Under the pieces are notes generated by a model. The model made no database searches. It saw only the letters and a list, made by a program, of their open reading frames with translations, and was not told the DNA's origin. A stretch of DNA of 64,000 bases from the NCBI GenBank assembly GCA_047947115.1, contig CP170459.1, forward strand, positions 2,400,001 to 2,464,000. The letters are read 5' to 3'. Each line of letters opens with the position of its first letter. Position 1 is the stretch's first letter. Source of the stretch: Verrucomicrobiota bacterium. Its GTDB lineage: Bacteria; Verrucomicrobiota; Verrucomicrobiia; Limisphaerales; AAA164-E04. Position numbers and translations under genes: made by a program. This document shows, in pieces, positions 9,001-18,300 of this stretch.

Positions 9001-10303
9001 GACCGGCTGGATCAAAAGTAGCCCAGGCTTCAACGGTGGCGTTGTCCCCCAGTTCGGAAATCATGCCGTTTGGCAGGTCGACATATGCGAGGTCCTCACC
9101 GATGAAATCCGCGGTGCCGTTGCTGTTGAATTTTAGGTTGTATGCTACACCGTCTTTGTCTCCGACAGAATCGGAAAGTGTGTCAGAACCGGATCCGTCG
9201 CTGAAGCTGTAGCGGTGGCGCAAGACAGCTTCCGGCAGTGGTGGAACTGCAACGGTGACTTGAATGGAAGCACTGAAAGCACCATTCGCAAAGGTGATGG
9301 TTGCTTCCCCAGCTCCGACGCCATTGATTGTTCCATTACTATCGATGGTGGCCACATTGGCATTGTTTGAGGAAACAGATACGAAGGGAGTCACATTCAA
9401 TGAACGGCCTCCAAAATCTCCAACCGCACTGACAATGGCGGTTTCACCTTGGACCAGAGAAACAGCATTCGTCGAGGCGTTCAAGCCTGTCATGTCGTCG
9501 AGGCTACCGCCGGTGGTGCTGTCCGCACCGCCGAAGAAGTTAGAAGCGACATCGTCAGCACTCAGAGCGTTGTCATAGATGCGGAATTCGTTGTAGCTTC
9601 CGACGAACAAGTTGTCACCGGCCCATTGGGAACGGCCCAACCAGTTGTTGACGTCGTTGCCCGCCACATCGTTCGCAATGGTGATTGCGGTCGCGGTATT
9701 TTCTCCGGCGTTGACCCCATCAAAGTACATCGTTGCAGTGGTGTTGGCTTCATCCCAAACGAAAGCCAGGTGATGTTCTTCATTGGCGCTCGCGGAAGGT
9801 TGACGGGTGACGCTGGTTTCTCCGCCACCTTGACCGCGCCATGCTGCACGGACGCCGCCACCACCGGCTTGAGGGGTGGTGAACAATTGAGCGGTCAGGT
9901 CCCCACTGTCCGACACATCTTCACCTCCAATAGAGGTTCCCATGTCCCAAATGCGCTGCCAGTCACCGGCGCCGGTCCAGGTGAACCAGACTTCCATGGT
10001 GAAATTGGCCTGATCATTGGCGCCCACCAGGTCGCTGATGATACCGTTTGGCAAGTCGACATAGTCGCCCGCGTCACTGCCGGAGTTCTGGGTGCCATTG
10101 TTCCCCATGACGAGTTGCCCGTCGGTATAGGTGGCATTCCCTGTGTTATTAACCAATTCGCCATCAGCACCATTCACGCTGTCAGCAGCGGAATTGGTAA
10201 AACTGTAGCGATGCTTCAACTCAGCGCGTGCATTCGAGGCGAATAGTGCCGCCATGATTGCAAGCGCCAAACCCAACATCTTTGTTTGACGTGTTTTGTT
10301 CAT
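6062..10303 (-). CDS. Large secreted/surface protein with repeated LamG-like jelly-roll domains, Ig-like spacers and a short C-terminal domain
   Basis: Signal peptide ending ARA. Three repeats of L.HRY.F...VDLP...WQR..D.G...N.W.GRS...FRI. Big_2-like spacers (SSNNANVATID; TSDSSIVRI). G/S linker before the terminal ~50-aa domain. Confidence 0.85.
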   Translation of the reverse strand: MNKTRQTKMLGLALAIMAALFASNARAELKHRYSFTNSAADSVNGADGELVNNTGNATYTDGQLVMGNNGTQNSGSDAGDYVDLPNGIISDLVGANDQANFTMEVWFTWTGAGDWQRIWDMGTSIGGEDVSDSGDLTAQLFTTPQAGGGGVRAAWRGQGGGETSVTRQPSASANEEHHLAFVWDEANTTATMYFDGVNAGENTATAITIANDVAGNDVNNWLGRSQWAGDNLFVGSYNEFRIYDNALSADDVASNFFGGADSTTGGSLDDMTGLNASTNAVSLVQGETAIVSAVGDFGGRSLNVTPFVSVSSNNANVATIDSNGTINGVGAGEATITFANGAFSASIQVTVAVPPLPEAVLRHRYSFSDGSGSDTLSDSVGDKDGVAYNLKFNSNGTADFIGEDLAYVDLPNGMISELGDNATVEAWATFDPAGQGGWQRVFDFGNTTAGEDPDAPQAGGAGYNGEASWFFAPRRGGITGADGGRTAFDPGVGGGENPTLDVPNGNGIVPGEEFHLVVTYNHTQRNTQVWINGINVAETAVLPDRPMSSLDDVNNWIGRSQWGGDAFTTANYNEFRIFEGVLSPVQIAVNDVTGPDEIIDDPGAATSINLTASDTDLVAGGLPANLSLKVDFENVNGVDLSSSTLASFETSDSSIVRILTAPLRVIPIGEGSATVTANLDGQTQNITFNVAAAGETPQLAHRYEFDGDASDSAGDADGQLIGEGTFENGGLSLDGSGFVDLPDYLFSEYYLTAPIGGGPALTFEIFGHWNGGGAWQRLLDFGDNTFGEEWPIPAGTSYNGTGYMQITPSSGAGQLFAEVVNDGVTPTLQNPAITGPGLAAGQDFYVAFVLDPANDVARLYRNGELVGIQAVSDEQDFSAIEDFNVWLGRSNFSADPGFNGTFTDFRIWEGALQEADIALHAACGPDALDCDPPTPFEMVAGSTTEVTEPTVVNFGNLGGDATYVFHFNAVMDGASTAIAGNDAFAIKLDQWNNQGVFGTTEFGVADNLFSAVNGQSVASVFGSNVHVVIVSDSGAGESRLYINSVHSGTWAGTFDLSGNTKIMGARLEQATDHMGAGSVMYEWATYSGVASQSDIDSIFNARVAVAGNGANIAFVSFHATDAASDAAAGAGMTEAADIGYTQALKAAGHNVTRILTSGSPDVEALNGYDLVIISRSVSSGGYSTGASADAWNSVTSPMLVLGGYVIRNNRMGFTDGSSMVDTVGNIQLKAEDASHPLFNGVDLTDGITGDFAGIVTWNDQVQRGVSINTNNAGEAGRVIATVATADDPTAGGIVAVEFDAGAATTTGGNFAGKRLTLLTGSREADGVTSETAGIWDLTDVGRMIYLNTVSYLTSGGSGGGINGVSLTDGMLTIEYSGTLKSAGAVTGPFNAVDGASSPYTVAADQAAQFFIAE

Positions 10304-10484
10304 ATGTATGCGTTTGCGTTAAAAGTAATCTAACTGTAACATTCACTCTTACAGTATATTGCTGGATATTTGGAGACACACGGGTAGCGCTTTCAGGCAA
10401 TCTTCCCAAAATGTCATTCCAAGCAAACCTTGCAAAGGGATTCTGTTAGATATATCAAAAAAGGGAACCCCGGTCTTGGCAGAG

Positions 10485-10511
10485 TCGGACGCGATTTATG
10501 ATTTATCGGAC
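10485..10511. promoter_or_regulatory. Candidate AraC-type tandem operator half-sites
   Basis: TCGGAC at 10485 and 10506 (21-bp period) in the divergent LamG/AraC intergenic region. Confidence 0.3.
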
Positions 10512-10520
10512 ATTTTTGCT

Positions 10521-11264
10521 TTGAGTTACGATCCCAGACAGTCTGCTTTCTTAAAGCAAGTTGCCGCACTAAGTGCGTTTTATATGCTTTTCGACCACCT
10601 GCCGGGGGTGTCTTTCTTCGCCAAAAATAAAGATTTCGAACTCATTTTTGCCAATCACTCATTTTTGGAACGGCTTGGTTTTCAAGATGAAGTGGATATT
10701 ATAGGGAAGACGGATTTTGATTTGTTTCCCAAATCTCTGGCTGACAACTTTCGCCGGGATGATGCCTGGGTGATGGAGCATGGCAAACCAAAGCTGAAAA
10801 TCATCGAATTATTCATCAATACCGATGGACTTCCCGACTGGTACATGACCAACAAACTCCCGGTATTTGACAAGCAAAACCGAATCATTGGTCTCATGGG
10901 TACTACCCAGAGTTATCAATACGGTAAGGAGTTTTTGCAGCCTTATCTGCAGATTGAACCGGCGATTGAATACATTCAGAAACATTTCCGGCGGAAAATC
11001 ACGGTGCAGACCGTGGCGGAAACGGTCAATCTCTCCGCCAGACAACTGGATCGCAAATTTCAGGAGACACTTAAGATGAGTCCGCAGGAGTTTATCATGA
11101 AACTGAGGCTGAAGACCGCTTGCAGTGAATTGACCTGTTCCCCTAAGAAGATCATGGAAATCGCATTGGATTTGGGATTTTATGATCAGAGTTCATTTAC
11201 GCTTCAATTTCGCAAGCAGATGGGAATGACTCCGTTGCAGTACCGGAAGCGTCATCAGGACTAG
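10521..11264 (+). CDS. AraC-family transcriptional regulator with N-terminal PAS domain
   Basis: PAS (LFDHLPGVSFFAKN...IIGKTDFDLFP) plus double HTH (LSARQLDRKF...IALDLGFYDQSSFTLQFRKQMGMTPLQYR). Start uncertain: TTG 10521 chosen; the ORF is open from 10359. Confidence 0.9.
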   Translation: MSYDPRQSAFLKQVAALSAFYMLFDHLPGVSFFAKNKDFELIFANHSFLERLGFQDEVDIIGKTDFDLFPKSLADNFRRDDAWVMEHGKPKLKIIELFINTDGLPDWYMTNKLPVFDKQNRIIGLMGTTQSYQYGKEFLQPYLQIEPAIEYIQKHFRRKITVQTVAETVNLSARQLDRKFQETLKMSPQEFIMKLRLKTACSELTCSPKKIMEIALDLGFYDQSSFTLQFRKQMGMTPLQYRKRHQD

Positions 11265-11271
11265 GAGCCCA

Positions 11272-11739
11272 TCAGGTGCCCCCATTGCTGTTTTGGGTAC
11301 GTCTCCAGGTGATCATGGCCAGCCAGAAGCAGAACAATTGAGCAGGTATGGGGAGGTCTGCCGAGCAGGTTATCGTGGCTCTTCTTGTGAAAGCATGAAC
11401 GGGGTCGATCATGCCAATAGGGCGATTGTTATGAAGAATTTCAAACCCGCGTCCAAAGGCGGACTTGGCTTTTAGTATCCATTGAGAGTTTTCGAATTTC
11501 ACATCGAATGTTCGGCTGAAAATATTTTGCTTGTGCGCCTTTCCCAGAATGGTTCCGTCCCGTTCCAGAGTCCATTGACCACTGATGAAACTTATTTTTC
11601 GAATCGTCCATTCCTGGTTTTGGAGATGAATGGAACCTTGTTCGGTGAGAAAATGTGTCTTGATGGACGCGATCGGCTCACCGGAACGGACCACTCGGAA
11701 ATCCCATGAGCATAGTGATTGAGGAAGGCAGCTAAGCAT
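11272..11739 (-). CDS. Hypothetical beta-rich protein (Tubby C-terminal/LURP-one-like)
   Basis: 155-aa ORF of alternating beta strands ending in a hydrophobic helix (LFCFWLAMITWRR). Fold call is tentative. Confidence 0.55.
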   Translation of the reverse strand: MLSCLPQSLCSWDFRVVRSGEPIASIKTHFLTEQGSIHLQNQEWTIRKISFISGQWTLERDGTILGKAHKQNIFSRTFDVKFENSQWILKAKSAFGRGFEILHNNRPIGMIDPVHAFTRRATITCSADLPIPAQLFCFWLAMITWRRTQNSNGGT

Positions 11740-11876
11740 GTTGTGGAATGTTCTGTTGGGTTATAGTGTTCATGAATTTCCAGTTCTCTCCATGAGAAAA
11801 GACCTGTTATTTTGTAAAACACAAATCTTGAGTTGGAGCAGAATCTTCCTTTTCGCTTGTTCCTGATCAAGGCAGT

Positions 11877-14800
11877 TTGCATATTGAGTCACACCCTTTA
11901 GAAATGAGTCCACTTCCAGACAGATTGAATCAGAACCATGAATCATGTCTCGATTCCATTTTAACGCCTTCCTTTTCTCAGCTTGTCTCACGGACATGCC
12001 GGGTGGCGCTGATTTTTTGTTTGCATACGTTTTCCCATGCTGCCGATTTCAAAACGGAACCCTTGAAACCCTTGTCAGGTTCCAGCGCTTCCAAAACGCT
12101 TTTTGAGTTGGTGGATTCCTCAAAATCAGTTGTGAACTATGAGATGACTCTTCCGGATGTGGCTCAGAGATTCAGGGAACTTTTGCAACTCGCTACCTTG
12201 GGTGGAATTGCTACCGGAGATGTGGACGGAGATGGTTGGGCGGATTTTTTTGTGGCCAGTCCTTTGGGGGGGAGTCGACTTTATCACAGCCTTGGCGGAT
12301 TCAAGTTTGAGGATGTAACGGATAAATGGGGCCTGAGCCAGGCAGGCTTCTGGGCTTCCGGAGCGAATATTGTCGATGTCAATAACGACGGCCGTCTGGA
12401 CCTTTATGTTTGTGGTTATCGCATGCCCAACCGGCTTTATCTTAACATGGGACCGGATAGCAATGGAGATACGAAGTTCGTTGAAAGCGCGAAACAGTAT
12501 GGGCTCGATTACAACGGGGGGAGCATGCAGATGTTTTTTGCGGACATCGATTTGGATGGCGATTTGGACGGCTACCTGGCCACCACCGCCGTGCCGCCTC
12601 CGTCGGGAGTGAAGTTTCAGGTGCGGTTCGAAGGAAATAAACCGGTCGTGCCCGATGAATTGAAAGAATATTGGAGTTTGATCTATCTGCCGGGAGAAAA
12701 AGCCCACCCCTCAGAAAACGGTCAATACGATCACCTGTTCCGCAATGACGGCGACAAGTTTACTGAAATAACAAAGGAGGCGGGCATCGATGGTCCCTAC
12801 CTGACACTTGGCGCCATTTGGTGGGATTACAATCAGGATCGTTACCCGGATTTATATGTGGCCAATGATTATCTGGGGCCGGATATGTTGTATTTGAACC
12901 AGGGCGACGGAACATTCAAAGACGTCATCGTCGATTCCATGCCTCACACTCCATGGTCTTCGATGGGGGTGGACATCGGGGATCTTGATAACAACGGTTG
13001 GATGGACCTGATTGCCTGCGACATGATGGGATCCACACATTATCGTCGACAGGTCATGATGGGGGAGAGCAGCCGCAAGGACTGGTTCCTGGATTTCGCC
13101 GAACCACGACAATACTCGCGCAACACGGTTTTTCTGAACACGGGTACAGGAAGCTTCATGGAAGCAGCTTTTCTGACCGGTATGGCCGCCACCGATTGGA
13201 CCTGGGCGCCGAGGATGGAAGATTTTGATTTGGATGGTCGGGTGGATGTCTTGTTCACCAACGGCATGTTACGGGATGTTCAGCATTCGGATCTGGCCAA
13301 TTATGCGGATCACACATTGAAAGGCGGCACTCCGGAATGGGCCGATTGGTGGTCGAAGCAGGGAGTGCGCAAGGAGGCTAATTTTGCTTTTCGTAATCAA
13401 GGGGAATTGAAATTTCAAAACGTCAGCGCCGACTGGGGGCTGAACCATGTCGGGGTGACCTTTGGCGCGGCGACTGCGGATTTCGATAACGACGGCGATT
13501 TGGACCTGGTGTTGAACAATGCCGATGGCCCGCTTCAATTGCTCCGCAATCAAAGCGTTGATTACAACCGTGTCAGCATTCGGCTGGTGGGTGATCAAAG
13601 CAACAAGCATGGTGTGGGTGCGTCTCTTTATCTGGAAGCCGGAGGGTTGAAACAATCCCGGCACATCGTTGCAGGGCGCGCCTGGTTATCGGGCAGCGAG
13701 CCGATGGTTCATTTTGGATTGGGCACTGCGGCGCAAGTGGACAAGCTCACGGTTCGTTGGCCCAGTGGTGTGGTACAAATCTTTTCCAATCTTCCGGCAA
13801 ATCATCGTCATGTGATTCATGAAACGGGATCGAATGATGAATCAAGCGAAACCTCAATGCCATGGCAGTCTAAAGCGCCGTGGTTTCACTCCTCTCCTCT
13901 CGCGAATGCTTTGGATTACCCTGCCCAGGATTTTGACGATTTTTCGATGCAACCTCTGTTGCCACATCAGCCCTCCAAAACCCATTTTGCGATGGCTTGG
14001 GGAGATCTGGACGGAGACGGGGACCAGGATGCGTTCATTGGCGCCGGACTCGGGCATGCCGGTAGCATTTTCCTGAGACAGGATGATGGGGCTTTCAAAA
14101 AATCCCTACTGCCAACCGACATGGCCACGCAAACTTGTTATGATTCGGATGCTCTATTTGCTGACGCCGATGGAGACGGGGATTTGGATTTGTTTTTGGT
14201 GAAATGTAGCCCCATGCCGAACCCGACCGCCAATGTCCCCGGCATCACTCTCTATTTGAATGACAGCAAAGGTGAATTCAGCGCAACCCCACCTCAGACC
14301 TTTCCACCCGTGCTGCCTGTCGTGGGTTGCCTCGCTGCAGCGGATGTGGATCAGGATGGCGATTTGGATCTTTACCTGGGTGGTGGTCCGGTGCCTGGAA
14401 AGTATCCTTTGGGATCGCCCGGTTACCTGCTCATCAATGAGAATGGCCAGTGGAGCGATCAAACACCTGCGGCCATCAAACCATTCTGGTTGTCGAAGCA
14501 AGCCGTCTGGTCGGATGTCGATGGGGATGGACGGGTGGAATTATTGGTCGCTACCGAATGGGGTAGTGTGAAGTTGATCCAGAAACGCGATGATGAATGG
14601 ATGGATCTGACGGAGCAGGCCGGGCTTTCTTCACTCATGGGATGGTGGGCATCGATTGCAGCCGCCGATCTGGATGGCGATGGAGATACGGACTTCGTGC
14701 TGGGGAATCGGGGTTTGAATACCGCTTATCAACCCGGCGCTTCCGAACCCGATTGGCTCATTTACGGCGATATGGATCAGAATGCGCGCCCTGAATTGCT

Positions 14801-15350
14801 GGAGGTTTACTCCGAAGGCGGTGTGCGTTACCCGCGTCGAGGATTTGATCCGCTGCAACGTTCGATGCCTTTCCTTCGGCAGAAGTTTCTCAATTTTCAT
14901 CAATTCTCCATGACCCCTTTAACGTCCATGTTTTCGGAAGACGCTGTTCGGAAAGCTTACCTCATACGTGCGACACAAGCGGCGTCCGGTGTGTTGCTGA
15001 ACAAAGGTGATTTGAAGTTTGAATTCAAACCGTTTCCAAAGCTTGCCCAGGCAGCACCGATCAATGGTGTGGTGATCACCGATTTAAATGGCGATGAGAT
15101 GCCGGACCTGGTGGTGGCCCAAAACGACTTCAGTCCACAACGCATGCATGGTCGTATGGATGGTGGACTGGGGATGGTGCTTCTTGGTCGCGGTGATGGA
15201 TCATTTGACTGTGTGGATGCAGGTCAAACCGGTGTGGTCGTTTCAGGGGATATGCGTCGAGTGGTATCGGTGGACCTGGACGGCGATGGGGAGGAAGATT
15301 TGGTGTTTGGCGGACGAAGCGGAAATCTCAAAGCATTACTGAGGCAATGA
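11877..15350 (+). CDS. FG-GAP/VCBS-repeat protein with ASPIC/UnbV domain (CRTAC1-like)
   Basis: Many DxDxDGxxD Ca-binding repeats, SMGVDIGDLDNNG, ATDWTW, central ASPIC motif (SNKHGVGA...HFGLG...VRWPSG). True start is probably downstream of 11877. Confidence 0.88.
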   Translation: MHIESHPLEMSPLPDRLNQNHESCLDSILTPSFSQLVSRTCRVALIFCLHTFSHAADFKTEPLKPLSGSSASKTLFELVDSSKSVVNYEMTLPDVAQRFRELLQLATLGGIATGDVDGDGWADFFVASPLGGSRLYHSLGGFKFEDVTDKWGLSQAGFWASGANIVDVNNDGRLDLYVCGYRMPNRLYLNMGPDSNGDTKFVESAKQYGLDYNGGSMQMFFADIDLDGDLDGYLATTAVPPPSGVKFQVRFEGNKPVVPDELKEYWSLIYLPGEKAHPSENGQYDHLFRNDGDKFTEITKEAGIDGPYLTLGAIWWDYNQDRYPDLYVANDYLGPDMLYLNQGDGTFKDVIVDSMPHTPWSSMGVDIGDLDNNGWMDLIACDMMGSTHYRRQVMMGESSRKDWFLDFAEPRQYSRNTVFLNTGTGSFMEAAFLTGMAATDWTWAPRMEDFDLDGRVDVLFTNGMLRDVQHSDLANYADHTLKGGTPEWADWWSKQGVRKEANFAFRNQGELKFQNVSADWGLNHVGVTFGAATADFDNDGDLDLVLNNADGPLQLLRNQSVDYNRVSIRLVGDQSNKHGVGASLYLEAGGLKQSRHIVAGRAWLSGSEPMVHFGLGTAAQVDKLTVRWPSGVVQIFSNLPANHRHVIHETGSNDESSETSMPWQSKAPWFHSSPLANALDYPAQDFDDFSMQPLLPHQPSKTHFAMAWGDLDGDGDQDAFIGAGLGHAGSIFLRQDDGAFKKSLLPTDMATQTCYDSDALFADADGDGDLDLFLVKCSPMPNPTANVPGITLYLNDSKGEFSATPPQTFPPVLPVVGCLAAADVDQDGDLDLYLGGGPVPGKYPLGSPGYLLINENGQWSDQTPAAIKPFWLSKQAVWSDVDGDGRVELLVATEWGSVKLIQKRDDEWMDLTEQAGLSSLMGWWASIAAADLDGDGDTDFVLGNRGLNTAYQPGASEPDWLIYGDMDQNARPELLEVYSEGGVRYPRRGFDPLQRSMPFLRQKFLNFHQFSMTPLTSMFSEDAVRKAYLIRATQAASGVLLNKGDLKFEFKPFPKLAQAAPINGVVITDLNGDEMPDLVVAQNDFSPQRMHGRMDGGLGMVLLGRGDGSFDCVDAGQTGVVVSGDMRRVVSVDLDGDGEEDLVFGGRSGNLKALLRQ

Positions 15351-18300
15351 AGTGTTCATTAAGTCTTTCGGCCTTCCTTTGGATGGTTTGTCTTCATTGG
15401 TCACTGATCAAGGTGCATTCATTGCAAGCTGCTTCTCACTGGCAAAAGGAGGAGGGTTTTCAGTTCCGCGAAATTCCTTCTTCGGTCATCCATCATGGTT
15501 CCGGCAGAGAGGTCGGTTGGACATTGCTTTCAGCGGAAGAAACAGGTGTTCGCTTTCAGAATCTTCTGTCAGATGAGGACATTGTCCGTAATCAGAATTT
15601 CATGAACGGATCCGGTCTTGCCGCCGGTGATTACGATGGAGACGGATGGTGTGATTTGTATTTCTGCTCGATCACTGGTTCCAATGCTTTGTATCGCAAT
15701 CTGGGTAATGGGCGATTTGCCGATGTAACAAAGGATGCCGGGGTAGCCATGGATGGATTGGCATCAACCGGAGCGGTTTTGGTGGACGTGAATCATGATG
15801 GACAGCTGGATCTTTTGGTGGCGACACTGGGGCAAGGGGTGCATTCATGGATCAATCAGGGGAACGGAATCTTTCGTGAAACCACTGCGGAAGCCGGTTT
15901 GCAGTCTGAGTTTGGCAGCACCAGCATGGCTTTGGGGGATGTGGACGGTGATGGCGATTTGGATCTCTATGTGACCAACTATGGGGAGATTCCCATCGTC
16001 AATTCCGGCGGGAGCGCCAAACTCAAACGCGTGAATGGTCAATGGGTGGTCACCGGTCCTTTTGCCAAACGGCTTCGCGTCGTCAATGGAAAGTTGGAGG
16101 AACTGGGTGAACCGGATGTGCTTTATCTGAACGATGGGACAGCTGGGTTTGAAGCGGTTTCCTGGCAGTCTGACAGGTTTCTAGATGCCAACGGACAACG
16201 CCTGGAAGAACCCAGGGAATTTGGTCTGGGGGTGCAGATGCGGGATGTCGATCTGGATGGTGATCTGGATATTTACATCTGCAACGATTTTCAATCGCCG
16301 GATCGATTCTGGTTGAATCAAGGCGACGGACATTTCAGAGCCATACCTCCTTTGGCAATGCGAAAACAAAGTTACGCCTCCATGGGGGTGGATTTTGCCG
16401 ACCTGGACCGGGATGGGTTTCTCGATTTTTTTGTGGTGGAAATGCTGGCCCGTGATCACTTCGGCCGCATGACACAGGTCGCCGGGCTGAGGCCCGAAAT
16501 TCCGTATCCCGCCCGCATCCTGAATCGTCCTGAAGTGGCCCGGAACACGCTCTTTAAAAACCTGGGTGACGGAACCTATGCCGAAGTGGCCAATTTCGCG
16601 GGACTTTCTGCAACTGATTGGTCCTGGCAGCCGGTTTTTCTCGATGTGGACCTGGATGGTTTTGAGGATGTTCTGGTGGTCAATGGGATGCCCTACGATA
16701 CGCAGGATCGCGATACCTTGGAGGCCATACGATCCGGCGGCAAGCAGTCGGTGGAGCAGTCAAGGAGCAATGTGCTCCGTTATCCGGACAGAAAAGCCAC
16801 CAACATGGCATTTCGAAACACAGGTGATTGGAGGTTTGAAGATCAATCAGAAGACTGGGGCTTCCACCACCCTGGGATCACTCATGGCGTGGTTCTTGCC
16901 GATCTGGACAACGACGGTGATCAGGACGTCATCACCAACAATCTCAATGAATCTCCCCACATTTATCGAAATGATGCGATCGCTTCCCGGCTGGCTGTGC
17001 GCCTCCAGGGAAGTGTTCGGAACACGCAGGGGATAGGGGCTCTGGTTGAAGTCTCCGCACCCGGTCGGCGCAAGCAGATGCGGCAGATGATGGCCGGAGG
17101 CAGGTATCTGGGGGGAGATGCGGCTTTGCTGACTTTCGCGTGCGGCGAAACAGAATCTCCGGTGACACTTCGAGTTGCCTGGCCCGGAGGCAAGGTCTCC
17201 GTTGTGAAGAATGCCTGCGCCAACCGTGAGTATCTGATTTTGGAAGATACCGGTCGCGCAGATACTGCAAGTCGCGATGCATCGCCTCAGAAGGTGCCCG
17301 TTTTCAAGGATGTGAGTGACCGCATTCATCACACGCATCAGGAAGAACTATTCAATGACTTCACACGTCAACCCATGTTGCCCCGATTGGAAAGCCAACA
17401 AGGTCCCGGGGTTGCCTGGTGTGACCTGGATGATGACGGATTGGAAGAGTTGGTGGTGGGGGCCGGGAGAGGGGGGGTGGTTTCTGTGTGGCAATGTGAT
17501 GTGGAAGGCAAGATTCTGCAGATTGCGCCCGAGAATCCATGGATCGCACCGGACGATACATTGGGAATGACCGCATGGAGCTGGCAGGATGGTTCGAGTT
17601 CGGTGCTGTTCGCGGTTTCCCAGCATGAGAGGGGGAATCGTTCAGGGACTGCTGTGAAGGAACTTTCTCTGAATCAGGATGGGTTGTTTGCCATCAAAGA
17701 TGTCAAAGAGGTGGCGACGGTCGTGTCCAGTCCCGGCGCGCTTGCAGGTGCGGATTTTGATCTGGATGGCGATCTGGATTTGTTTGTCGGAGGCAGGTGT
17801 ATTCCGGGACGATACCCGCTTCCCGCTGATTCCCGGCTGTTCCGTCAGGAAGGAGGAACACTTGTCGAACATGAGGCTGCCCAAATGTTGTTGCAGGGGA
17901 TCGGGATGGTTCAGGGCGCGGTGTGGAGTGATTTGAACCGCGATGGTGCTCCGGAACTCGTGGTCGCCTGCGAATGGGGTGCCATTCGAATCTTTTACAA
18001 CAACAAGGGAGTATTGGCAGCGTGGAATCCGGACGTGATCTGGGGAGGGGAAGGCGGGGGATTGCGAAAACCACTTTCCGACTGGACCGGATGGTGGCGC
18101 GGAATCAGTGCCGGGGATTTTGATGAGGATGGTCGAATGGACTTGGTGGTGGCCAATTGGGGGTTGAACGACGGGTATGCGACGAGTTTCCAGCATCCGT
18201 TGGAATTGTATTTTGGCGATTTCAGCGGCTCTGGCAGAACGGATCTGATGGAAACCATGTTTTCTGCCGAGCTCAATGCGCAGGTTCCGGTCCGGAATTT

